Shown in pieces: positions 23,895 through 31,855 of a DNA stretch of 32,000 bases; within the stretch, counting starts at the first letter, position 1, and every line of letters begins with the position of its first letter. Under the pieces are notes generated by a model. The model saw nothing but the letters and a program-made list of their open reading frames with translations, was not told the DNA's origin and did no database searches. Location of the stretch: contig NZ_CP042911.1 of assembly GCF_008065095.1 (NCBI RefSeq), positions 6,600,001 through 6,632,000 on the forward strand, written 5' to 3'. Origin of the DNA: Gemmata obscuriglobus. GTDB lineage: Bacteria; Planctomycetota; Planctomycetia; Gemmatales; Gemmataceae. The translations under genes and the position numbers were made by a program.

Positions 23895-25094
23895 ATGCCG
23901 AGCACGAAGCCCGCGGCCAAACTGAACTGGCCGCTGATGAAGAACAACATCGCCCGCGAAGACCTCAACGCGGTCATCGAGCTGCTGCAACAGGAAGACC
24001 CGATCCTGACGCAGTCGAAGAACGTCCGTGCGTTCGAGGCCGAGTGGTCCCAGTGGCTCGGCGTGAAGCACAGCGTGTTCGTGAACTCGGGCTCGAGCGC
24101 GAACCTCGTCACGATCGCCGCGCTGAAAGAGTTGCACGGCGCCGGCGGCGAGGTGATCGTCCCCGCGATCACCTGGGTGTCGGACATCTCCGCGGTGCTC
24201 CACTGCGGGTTCACGCCGGTGTTCGCGGACATCAACCCGCGCACGCTCAGCATGGACACGGAGCAGATCCTGTCGAAGATCACGCCCCAAACCCGGGCCG
24301 TGTTCCTCACGCACGTCCTGGGGTACAACGGGCTCACCGATAAGCTCCTCACAGAACTGAAGGCCCGGGGCATCCCGCTGATCGAAGACGTGTGCGAGTC
24401 GCACGGCGCGACCTTCCGGAACCAGAAGCTCGGCAGCTTCGGCTGGGCGTCGAACTTCTCCTTCTATTACGCGCACCACCTCAGCACTATTGAGGGCGGG
24501 ATGGTGTGTACGGACGACGAGGACCTGTACGAAGCCGTCCGGATGATGCGCGGGCACGGGATGGTGCGCGAGCTCGCCGGCAGCGACCGCAAGGCCGGCT
24601 ACTTCGAAGAGAATCCGGACCTGAACCCGGACTTCATCTTCGCGTTCCCGGCGTACAACGTGCGCAGCACCGAGGTGAACGCCGTCATCGGCCGCTCGCA
24701 GCTCCCGCGCCTGGACGCGAACAACGAGAAGCGCACGGCGAACTTCATGCTGTTCCTGCGGAACCTGGACCCGGACCTGTACCGCACGGACTTCGACACC
24801 GAGGGGAGCAGCAACTACGCGTTCACTCTCGTGTTGAAGGAGCCGAACCAGGGTCTTTACGAGCGCGTCGTTGCGGCCCTGCGGGGCGCGAATGTGGAGT
24901 TCCGCCGCGGCACCGCGGGCGGCGGGAACCAATTGCGCCAGCCGTACCTGCGCCGGCTCCTGGGTGACGACGCCTGGAAGCAGTGCCCGATCGCGGACCA
25001 CGTCCACTTCTACGGGTTCTACATCGGCAACTACCCGACCCTCGACGCCGACAGCATTCTCAAACTGTGCGACCTCTTGAACGGTCTGAAGTAA
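23895..25094 (+). CDS. DegT/DnrJ/EryC1-fold PLP enzyme of the ColD / E1 (RfbH/DdhC) 3-dehydratase type, with His replacing the Schiff-base Lys
   Basis: From my recollection of ColD, the protein appears to align along its whole length. Shared segments include SVFVNSGSSANLVTIAAL, GGEVIVPAITW, LIEDVCESHGATF and SNFSFYYAHHLSTIEGGMVCTDDEDLY. The active-site segment has no Lys. The Cys-rich Fe-S motif of E1 is absent. Confidence 0.75.
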   Translation: MPSTKPAAKLNWPLMKNNIAREDLNAVIELLQQEDPILTQSKNVRAFEAEWSQWLGVKHSVFVNSGSSANLVTIAALKELHGAGGEVIVPAITWVSDISAVLHCGFTPVFADINPRTLSMDTEQILSKITPQTRAVFLTHVLGYNGLTDKLLTELKARGIPLIEDVCESHGATFRNQKLGSFGWASNFSFYYAHHLSTIEGGMVCTDDEDLYEAVRMMRGHGMVRELAGSDRKAGYFEENPDLNPDFIFAFPAYNVRSTEVNAVIGRSQLPRLDANNEKRTANFMLFLRNLDPDLYRTDFDTEGSSNYAFTLVLKEPNQGLYERVVAALRGANVEFRRGTAGGGNQLRQPYLRRLLGDDAWKQCPIADHVHFYGFYIGNYPTLDADSILKLCDLLNGLK

Positions 25095-25098
25095 CCCC

Positions 25099-25152
25099 CG
25101 CCTGCCCGGCGGGGCAGGCGTTCACCGCGCCGGGCGTGAGTGCTACGCCCGG
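25099..25152 (+). other. Two tandem GC-rich hairpins in the intercistronic spacer
   Basis: The first hairpin is CGCCTGCCC-GGCG-GGGCAGGCG (25099-25120). The second is CCGGGCGT-GAGTGCT-ACGCCCGG (25130-25152). Neither is followed by a strong T-tract. Confidence 0.5.
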
Positions 25153-25178
25153 CCGTGCCCCATCGACGGACACTCAAC

Positions 25179-26768
25179 ATGGCGCCACGACTCGACCTCG
25201 TTCTGATCAACCCGAGCAGCCGCACGCAGGTGTACCAGTCGCTGGGCACGGAACTCGCGGCGGTGGAAAACCCGGTGTGGGCCGGCCTGATGGCGAACTT
25301 CTGTCGCCAGAAGGGGCTGTCGGTCGAAATCATTGATGCCGAGGCCGAGTGCCTTTCGCCCTCCGAAGTTGCCGACCGAGTGGCGTACCTGCGCCCGGTG
25401 CTAACGGCGGTCGTGGCCTACGGGCACCAGCCATCGGCCTCGACGCAGATCATGACCGCGGTCAGCCGCGCGTGCTCCGCCGTAAAGGTGGCGTGCTCTG
25501 AACAGCCGGTTCTGCTGCTCGGCGGACACGTCGCGGCGCTGCCGGAGCGCACGCTCCGCGAGGAAGAAGCCGATTTCGTCGCCGCGGGCGAAGGGGTCCA
25601 CACGCTCGCCGGCCTGGTCGAAGCACTGAAGTCGGCGGTGCCGGACGTGAGCGCCGTGCCCGGGCTGTACTTCCGCGACAACGGCCGCGTCCGGCGCGGG
25701 CCGGCGGCACCGCTGCTGTCGAATCTCGACACCGAGTTGCCCGGAATCGCCTGGGACCTGCTCCCGATGCCGCGGTACCGGGCGCACAACTGGCACTGCC
25801 TCGGCGGGCACGAGCGCCAGCCGTACGCCGCCGTCTACACCACCCTCGGCTGCCCCTACCAGTGCTCGTTCTGCTGCATTCAGGCGCCGTTCAAGAACGG
25901 TGAGGTGGCCCCGCTCGGACAAAAACAGCCTCCAAACAGCTACCGGTTCTGGAGCATCGATCACGTCCTCGGGCAGATCGACACGCTGGTGAACAAATAC
26001 GGCGTGCGGAACATCAAGATCGCGGACGAGATGTTCGTGCTCAACAAGCGGCACGTCGTCGGCATCTGCGACGGCATCATCGCTCGGGGCTACGATCTGA
26101 ACATCTGGGCCTACACCCGGGTGGATACCATCAAGGACGGGATGCTGCCGAAGCTCAAGGCGGCCGGGTTCAACTGGCTCGCGGTCGGGATCGAGGCCGG
26201 GGCCGACCGCGTCCGCACCGACGTGGACAAAGCGTTCTCCCAAGAACAGGTCTATTCGGTGGTGCGCGAGATCCAGTCGGCGGGCATCAGCGTGATCGGG
26301 AATTACATCTTCGGGTTGCCCGAAGACGACCACGCCACGATGCGGGCGACGCTCGATCTGGCGCTCGACCTGAAGTGCGAGTTCGCAAACTTCTACTCCG
26401 CGATGGCCTACCCGGGCTCGCCGCTGTACGCCACGGCGACCCAGAAGGGCATCCCTCTACCCCGGCGCTGGACCGGCTACTCGCAGCACTCGCGCGACAG
26501 CCTGCCGCTGCCCACGCGGTACCTGCCGGCGCGCGAGGTGCTGAAGTTCCGCGACGCCGCCTTCACCGAGTACTACACCGACCCGGGCTACCTCGCGATG
26601 GTCGAGCGCCGCTTCGGCGCGCAATCGGTCGAAGAACTCCGACGCATGACGGCCATCACGCTCGAACGCGACCTGCTCTCGGGCGCCTTGGACGTGGAAC
26701 CGACGCTCCTCCCCCCGGACGAGGCGCAGACCACGCCGGCCGAGTTGCTTCAGCTCGCGAAACGGTAA
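25179..26768 (+). CDS. B12-binding-domain radical SAM enzyme (class B rSAM, methyltransferase-like)
   Basis: The N-terminus is a Rossmann-type cobalamin-binding-like domain (LVLINPSS...VVAYGHQPSAS...LLLGGHVAALPE). The radical SAM cluster motif CxxxCxxC is present in TTLGCPYQCSFCC. GIEAG and NYIFGLPEDD are typical of the family. Confidence 0.8.
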   Translation: MAPRLDLVLINPSSRTQVYQSLGTELAAVENPVWAGLMANFCRQKGLSVEIIDAEAECLSPSEVADRVAYLRPVLTAVVAYGHQPSASTQIMTAVSRACSAVKVACSEQPVLLLGGHVAALPERTLREEEADFVAAGEGVHTLAGLVEALKSAVPDVSAVPGLYFRDNGRVRRGPAAPLLSNLDTELPGIAWDLLPMPRYRAHNWHCLGGHERQPYAAVYTTLGCPYQCSFCCIQAPFKNGEVAPLGQKQPPNSYRFWSIDHVLGQIDTLVNKYGVRNIKIADEMFVLNKRHVVGICDGIIARGYDLNIWAYTRVDTIKDGMLPKLKAAGFNWLAVGIEAGADRVRTDVDKAFSQEQVYSVVREIQSAGISVIGNYIFGLPEDDHATMRATLDLALDLKCEFANFYSAMAYPGSPLYATATQKGIPLPRRWTGYSQHSRDSLPLPTRYLPAREVLKFRDAAFTEYYTDPGYLAMVERRFGAQSVEELRRMTAITLERDLLSGALDVEPTLLPPDEAQTTPAELLQLAKR

Positions 26769-26783
26769 CGGTTCCGCCCCCGC

Positions 26784-26912
26784 AGCACAGGGCTCCCGCC
26801 CTGTGCTAAGCCCGCCGGCCCCTCCGGGGCGGAATACAGGCACAACGGCGTGTCGGTTGTTTTTGCACCCCGGAGGGGTCGCCGGATGTAGCACAGGGCG
26901 GGAGCCCTGTGT
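26784..26912. repeat. Palindromic intergenic element of about 129 nt between convergent genes (REP/MITE-like; candidate bidirectional terminator)
   Basis: Hairpin AGCACAGGGC-TCCC-GCCCTGTGCT (26784-26807) has a reverse-complement copy, GCACAGGGC-GGGA-GCCCTGTGT (26891-26912). The nested inverted pair CCCCTCCGGGG / CCCCGGAGGGG lies between them. A central T-run, GTTGTTTTTGC, is present. Confidence 0.8.
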
Positions 26913-26917
26913 CCTCC

Positions 26918-28303
26918 TCACGACCGCTTCAGCCACTCGAACGGCTTCCGCAGCAACGAGCGCAACCAATCAGCCGCACGATGCCGTCGCGGCGGTACCG
27001 CCTGCTTTCGTCGCTCCAGTTCTTGATAGAACCCGAGTAGTGTCGTCCAGGCCGCGAGCGCATCCGCCGGCGGCAGATTGCCTGCGTGAGCGAACTGGCG
27101 CAGCACCCGCTGGTGGTTTGCGAACCAATTCGTGCTGCGCGAGAAGCCTCCCGGCCGGTGCCGGTAGTAGAACAGGTGCGCGGGCACCACACCGAGCCGG
27201 TGACCGGCGTGGACCAGTTTCACGAACGCTTCCCAGTCCTCGCATGAGGTGCCGCGGTCGGTCTCGTACCCATCAACGGCACGAAGCGCAGGCGTGCGGA
27301 AAATGGCGTTCGCATCGCCGTACACGTTGCGAATGCTGGCGAGCGCGTGCGGCCCGCCTGTTGGTCGAAGGGCGTACAGAAACTGTTCGGGAACGAAGCC
27401 CGGCGCCGGCACGTCGAACGCCAGGAAGTAGGACGACATCGCAGCAAGTTCGGGGTTCCGCTGCATGGCGCGCACGAACGTCGCCACCATCTCGGGCGTC
27501 GCGAGGTTGTCCGCGTCCACGGGAATAAAGAACTCGCCCCGGGCGAGTTCCAGGCACCGGTTACGGGTCACACCGATGCCCGCATTCGGCTGGCGCAGGA
27601 AAGTAAACCGCGGGTACTTTGTCCGCATCGCCTCAAACGTTTCAATCGATGCGGCATCCGTAGAGCCGTCGTCGATCGCGATGACCTCGAGGTTCGGGTA
27701 GGTCTGAGCGGCCAACGTCGCGAGCGTATCGGGGAAATATGCGCCCAAGTTGTAATGAGCGATGGCGAGCGTCACAAGCGGCGCGGCCTCTTGTGACGTT
27801 CCTGAATTGGGGGCGGGCAACGGCGAGGTGTTCTTCGCACCATTGCGCATCGCCCAGTGATTCCGCTTTACGAACTCGACCAGCTCGGCATCCGGGGTAT
27901 GTTGCTCGTCGGCGTTCTCGAACTGGTACCGTTCAATGTAATCCGTTTCCACATCGACAAAGCCTGACGGCCACCGCTGACCGGCCTCCCGATCCCGCTG
28001 GCTGTTGCCGTCAAGGATCACGGCGATCGGCACATCTCCGAACGCTAGTCCGGCCCGCTTCGCCTGCACCGATCGAAAACCCAGACCTCCCTGACCCACG
28101 AACGCGATCAGCCCGTACTGCCGCTCACGGTGCCGGGCTTCGAGCCAATACCGAACCCGGTCCGAGAGTTCGGCCGGGCCGTTTCCGTGATGCTCACGGA
28201 CCTGCGCGTCTCGCGGAAGATCCCCCACCGTATCGGCTGCGAAAACGTCCACGTCCCAACCCGCCCGGGTCAGTTCGCGCTGAGCGGGGTGTTGACGGAT
28301 CAA
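26918..28303 (-). CDS. Two-domain glycosyltransferase: GT-B-like N-terminal half plus a GT2 (GT-A, DxD) C-terminal domain
   Basis: The GT2 core reads VTLAIAHYNLGAYFPDTLATLAAQTYPNLEVIAIDDGSTD...FIPVDADN. The N-terminal half reads GWDVDVFAAD...YGLIAFVGQGGLGF...VPIAVILDGNS. The start is uncertain. One option is TTG at 28303, which forms a TTGA overlap with the glf stop. The other is GTG at 28360, which would overlap glf by 61 nt. The ORF-track start at 28642 is implausible. Confidence 0.7.
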   Translation of the reverse strand: MIRQHPAQRELTRAGWDVDVFAADTVGDLPRDAQVREHHGNGPAELSDRVRYWLEARHRERQYGLIAFVGQGGLGFRSVQAKRAGLAFGDVPIAVILDGNSQRDREAGQRWPSGFVDVETDYIERYQFENADEQHTPDAELVEFVKRNHWAMRNGAKNTSPLPAPNSGTSQEAAPLVTLAIAHYNLGAYFPDTLATLAAQTYPNLEVIAIDDGSTDAASIETFEAMRTKYPRFTFLRQPNAGIGVTRNRCLELARGEFFIPVDADNLATPEMVATFVRAMQRNPELAAMSSYFLAFDVPAPGFVPEQFLYALRPTGGPHALASIRNVYGDANAIFRTPALRAVDGYETDRGTSCEDWEAFVKLVHAGHRLGVVPAHLFYYRHRPGGFSRSTNWFANHQRVLRQFAHAGNLPPADALAAWTTLLGFYQELERRKQAVPPRRHRAADWLRSLLRKPFEWLKRS

Positions 28304-29445
28304 GCAGCCGGGGACAACGAGGCAGGCGCTCCGGCGCTCCGGCGGATCGTCTGAAAGCACGCGAGCGCCTCCTGAATCACTTCGTCGGTGTTGAAATATC
28401 GGTACTGCGCCAGCCGGCCGCAAAAGTACACACGGTTGCTCGCCGTTTCCGCCTCGGCAAGAGCACGATAGCGGGCGTACAGTTCCGCACTTGCACGTTG
28501 CGGCACCGGGTAGAACGGCTCTCCTTCGGCGCACGGCGTTTCGTAGCTCACGACCGTCTCGGCGTGGCACTGCCCGGTCACGTGTTTGATCTCGACGGAG
28601 CGCGTGTAGGTGAAGTCGTTGGGGTAGTTGATCTGCACGCACGGCTGGCGCCAGGCGACCGCGTGCGGCACGAACTCAAACTTCAACGACCGGTACGGCA
28701 GTTTCCCGAGCCTGTTATCGAAGTAGGCGTCCACCGGCCCGCAATAGACCGTTGCCCGGCGCGGATGGATCAGATGGCGCACCTCGCTGAAATCGCAGTT
28801 CAGAAGCGTGCGAATCTTCGGGTGCTTCAGCATCCGCGCGAACAACTTCGTGAACCCGCCGGCCGGCATCACCTGGAACTTGTGCCCCACGTACCGCCCA
28901 TCCCGGTTCAGGCGCACCGGCACCCGACCGCACACCTGCGGGTCGAGGTCGCGCGGGTGGACGCCCCACTGTTTCCGCGTGTAGTGGAGGTAAAACGCTT
29001 CGTACAGCTCGCGCCCCACTCGGCTGAGCACGTACTCTTCCGAGTTCGTGGGGTCGGCGATCGGCACACGGCGCTCCGCGAGGAGTTGCTCAGCGGAGTC
29101 CGCATCGAGCTTCCGGCCGAAAAACTGTTCGAGGGTGCCGAGGTTGATCGGGAACGGGTACAGTTGGTCGCCCACCAGCGACCGCACTTCGTACTTCGCC
29201 GGCGCGAACTCGGCGAACCGCGACAGGTACCGCAGCAGGTTCTCGTCGTCGGTGCGGAAGTAGTGCGGGCCGTAGTTGTGGACCAGAACGCCGTTCGTCG
29301 CGGGCGAGTCGTGGCAGTTACCGGCGATGTGAGGCCGCCGGTCGATGACGAGCACCTTCCACCCGAGTACGCTAGCGGCGCGCTCGGCGACCACGCACCC
29401 GACCGGCCCGGCCCCGCACACGAGCAGATCAACGTCGTCGAGCAT
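28300..29445 (-). CDS. glf: UDP-galactopyranose mutase
   Basis: The FAD-binding motif is DLLVCGAGPVGCVVAER. Also present are KVLVIDRRPHIAGNCHD, HNYGPHYFRT, YPFPINLGTLEQFFG, YTRKQWG and PYRSLKFEF. The ATG at 29445 is preceded by GAGG and lies just after the upstream stop. Confidence 0.85.
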   Translation of the reverse strand: MLDDVDLLVCGAGPVGCVVAERAASVLGWKVLVIDRRPHIAGNCHDSPATNGVLVHNYGPHYFRTDDENLLRYLSRFAEFAPAKYEVRSLVGDQLYPFPINLGTLEQFFGRKLDADSAEQLLAERRVPIADPTNSEEYVLSRVGRELYEAFYLHYTRKQWGVHPRDLDPQVCGRVPVRLNRDGRYVGHKFQVMPAGGFTKLFARMLKHPKIRTLLNCDFSEVRHLIHPRRATVYCGPVDAYFDNRLGKLPYRSLKFEFVPHAVAWRQPCVQINYPNDFTYTRSVEIKHVTGQCHAETVVSYETPCAEGEPFYPVPQRASAELYARYRALAEAETASNRVYFCGRLAQYRYFNTDEVIQEALACFQTIRRSAGAPASLSPAA

Positions 29446-29453
29446 TCCACACC

Positions 29454-30854
29454 TCAACGTCGTCGAGCCTTGTCAAAGGCCGTTTTAAGGCCGGCGTTCC
29501 AGCGCTCCGGCGTGAACCGCGTGGCGACGGCCTCGCGCGCCGCGGCGCCGAGCCGCCGGCGCACCGCCCGATGCTCCACGAGCAGCGAAACCGATTCGAT
29601 CAGGCCGTCGATCACCCGCTGGTCCGGGGCGAACAGCGGGCGGTAGTCCTCGCGCAACACGCCACATTCGGAGTCGGCCCACGACACCTTCCCGGCGCGC
29701 CCCGGAACGACCAGCCCCGTCACCCCGTGCTCCACGTACTCGGACATGCCCCAGCCGTCCGACACAACGACCGCCTGCCCGTATGACATCGCTTGCAGCA
29801 CCGAAACGATGTGAATGCGGGCGGCCGGCAGCAAAAAGATGTGCGACTCGGTTTGCAGCCGCGCGAGTTCGTCCGCGGGCATGAATCGGTCGATCACCCG
29901 CACCCACCCCGATTCCACCATGCGGTAGTGGCGCTCGTCGAGTTTCGGGAGCGCGGAGCGGACCGTGAGCCGCAGTTGCGGGTACCGGCGACGCAGCACG
30001 TCGAACGCTTCCAGAACGTCGATACCACCGCGATAGAAAAACCCTGCACTCAACTGGTGCCACGAGTTTGTGAACAGCAGGTTGATCGGCGCGTCCTCAC
30101 CCTCGTCGGCGTGCGCCTGCGGCCGTTCCGGCAGCGCGGCGCCGAGGGACGCGTAGGTCACCTTGCGGGCAATCGTCTCGCTGCCGAACAGGACCGGGAG
30201 CAGTTCCGCGGTCGAGCGCATGTGCGTCACGATGCCGCGGCAGGACTCGGCTTCGAGGAGCGCCTTCACCGCGCCAAAGCACGGGAGCGACCGCACATCA
30301 AGCGCCGCGGTGTGGCCGTTCTGCACGAACGGGAAGAACAGCGTGGAGGGGTCTTCGATCTCGATCACCCACGGGTTCTGACCGTAAGTGTACGGCACAC
30401 TCGTGAGGAACGCGAGCGCGGCGCGCGGGGTCATCACCTGCGACTGGAAGTTGCGCGAGTGCGCGAACCGCACCGACGGCAGCACCCGCCCCGTTTTGCG
30501 GACCAGCGACAGCACGAAGCGCGCGAACACGAAGAGGGTCGCGAGCGTGCGAAGCAAGCCGTGCTTGCGGGCGGTTTCGGCCAGCACCCACATGGATAGC
30601 CCGAGTGCGACAAGAGCGCGGCCGATGCGGGCCGAGAGACCGGGTGGCGTATCGTCATTCACACCGGGAGCGGAATTCCGAAAGGCGTACCCTTCGGGTG
30701 GAGCGTGCGTATGAGCGAACTGCGGGTGTACGCCACAATTCCCGAACCGCTTGAACACCGGTAGCCAGCCGAGAAACTCGACCGGAAACGGCTCCGCGGC
30801 GCCAGTCGGTTCTCCGCGCGGGCCAGCGATTTCGGCAGTACCGGTAGCGCTCAC
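29454..30854 (-). CDS. GT-B (GT4 / 'glycosyl transferases group 1'-like) glycosyltransferase with an N-terminal membrane-associated region
   Basis: The C-terminal half reads INLLFTNSWH...GGIDVLEAFDVLRRRYPQLRLTVRS...HIFLLPAARIHIVSVLQAMSYGQAVVVSDGWGMSEYVEHGVTGLVVP, which is the E-x7-E-type region. The N-terminus has hydrophobic segments. The GTG start at 30854 has no clear SD sequence, so the start is uncertain. Confidence 0.6.
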   Translation of the reverse strand: MSATGTAEIAGPRGEPTGAAEPFPVEFLGWLPVFKRFGNCGVHPQFAHTHAPPEGYAFRNSAPGVNDDTPPGLSARIGRALVALGLSMWVLAETARKHGLLRTLATLFVFARFVLSLVRKTGRVLPSVRFAHSRNFQSQVMTPRAALAFLTSVPYTYGQNPWVIEIEDPSTLFFPFVQNGHTAALDVRSLPCFGAVKALLEAESCRGIVTHMRSTAELLPVLFGSETIARKVTYASLGAALPERPQAHADEGEDAPINLLFTNSWHQLSAGFFYRGGIDVLEAFDVLRRRYPQLRLTVRSALPKLDERHYRMVESGWVRVIDRFMPADELARLQTESHIFLLPAARIHIVSVLQAMSYGQAVVVSDGWGMSEYVEHGVTGLVVPGRAGKVSWADSECGVLREDYRPLFAPDQRVIDGLIESVSLLVEHRAVRRRLGAAAREAVATRFTPERWNAGLKTAFDKARRR

Positions 30855-30887
30855 GTTGAGGGTCCGTACTCTTGGGGAGGTGAGAGC

Positions 30888-31826
30888 CTACTCCATCCGC
30901 GAACCGGGTGTCAACGCGGGCCGCGCGAGGCGGTTCCGGACGGCCCGCACGAACCCGCTCGCGTTCTTGCGTCGGGCACAGTTGATCAGCCTCGTCAGCG
31001 CCGCCAGGCTCTCCCGAACCGGGCGCCACCACGGTCGGCGTATCACGATTTGCCGCCCCGGCGTGCGAACGTCGAACGAATGCCCGACCGCGGCGAGCGT
31101 CGCCCGCCACTCGCCCTCCGCGGTCGAATTTGTCCAGCCCTCGATCACCGCCCGCAGCCGCAGGGCGAGCTCTTTTCGCTCTGGAAGGAGTGCGTCGAAC
31201 AGCGGCGCGTCGAGAGCGAGAACCGCGGGATCGGACATGTACACCACCCCGGCTTCCGGGTGCTGCACCGCGTTGTCGTGCTCGAAGATCACGTCCGGCA
31301 GGTACACGATGCGCCGCTCGCCCAGCACCGCGAGCAGATTGAACGCGTCCTCAATGTGATCGTCGATCCGGTAGCGGTGATAACAGGGCGGACAGATGCC
31401 CCCGGCCAGTTCGCAAAACGCACGCGACACCAGGGGGAACACGCACAGGTTGTCGCGCATCAGGGTGTCGTTGACGTGAACCAGCGCGAACGGGTCCGGG
31501 AACCGCCGCAGGCAGCCAAAAACGAGAGCGTCCCAGCCCGGCGTGCGGGCGGTCACGTCGTCGTTCAGCAGCATGACGTAATCGCCGGTCGAAGCTTCGT
31601 AGCCGGCGCTATTGAGCGCGCCCATCGTGCGGCCTGGCGGAACGACCACGTGCCGCACCTTCAACCGCGGGTGGGTTACCGCACTGGCGGGATCGTCCGC
31701 GTCGATCACAAGAACGACTTCGAGCCGCTCGGGGTGATAGGCGGTCGCCGCCACGCTGTCGAGCATGCGGCGCAACTTCGCGGGCCGTCCGCGCGTCGGA
31801 ACGATCAACGAAAGGCACCGTCGCAT
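30888..31826 (-). CDS. GT2-family (GT-A fold) glycosyltransferase
   Basis: Motifs are LSLIVPTRGRPAKLRRMLDSV, LEVVLVIDADD and DYVMLLNDDV (the DxD-like region). Confidence 0.7.
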   Translation of the reverse strand: MRRCLSLIVPTRGRPAKLRRMLDSVAATAYHPERLEVVLVIDADDPASAVTHPRLKVRHVVVPPGRTMGALNSAGYEASTGDYVMLLNDDVTARTPGWDALVFGCLRRFPDPFALVHVNDTLMRDNLCVFPLVSRAFCELAGGICPPCYHRYRIDDHIEDAFNLLAVLGERRIVYLPDVIFEHDNAVQHPEAGVVYMSDPAVLALDAPLFDALLPERKELALRLRAVIEGWTNSTAEGEWRATLAAVGHSFDVRTPGRQIVIRRPWWRPVRESLAALTRLINCARRKNASGFVRAVRNRLARPALTPGSRME

Positions 31827-31855
31827 GTCGCGTGCTCGTGATGAAACAGCCGCAG

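Noticed and set aside
20832-25007. Long antisense ORFs across the sugar cluster (20832-21881 minus, 21538-23007 minus, 23736-25007 minus) and frame-shifted plus-strand ORFs (20939-21925, 21843-22337)
   Set aside because: Their biased Arg/Gly/Pro/Val composition is typical of off-frame translation of GC-rich genes. The annotated frames all carry family-specific motifs.
27739-29646. 635-aa plus-strand ORF opposite glf and the glycosyltransferase genes
   Set aside because: It is antisense to genes with clear FAD-binding and GT2 motifs, and it has low-complexity Arg/Pro-rich composition.
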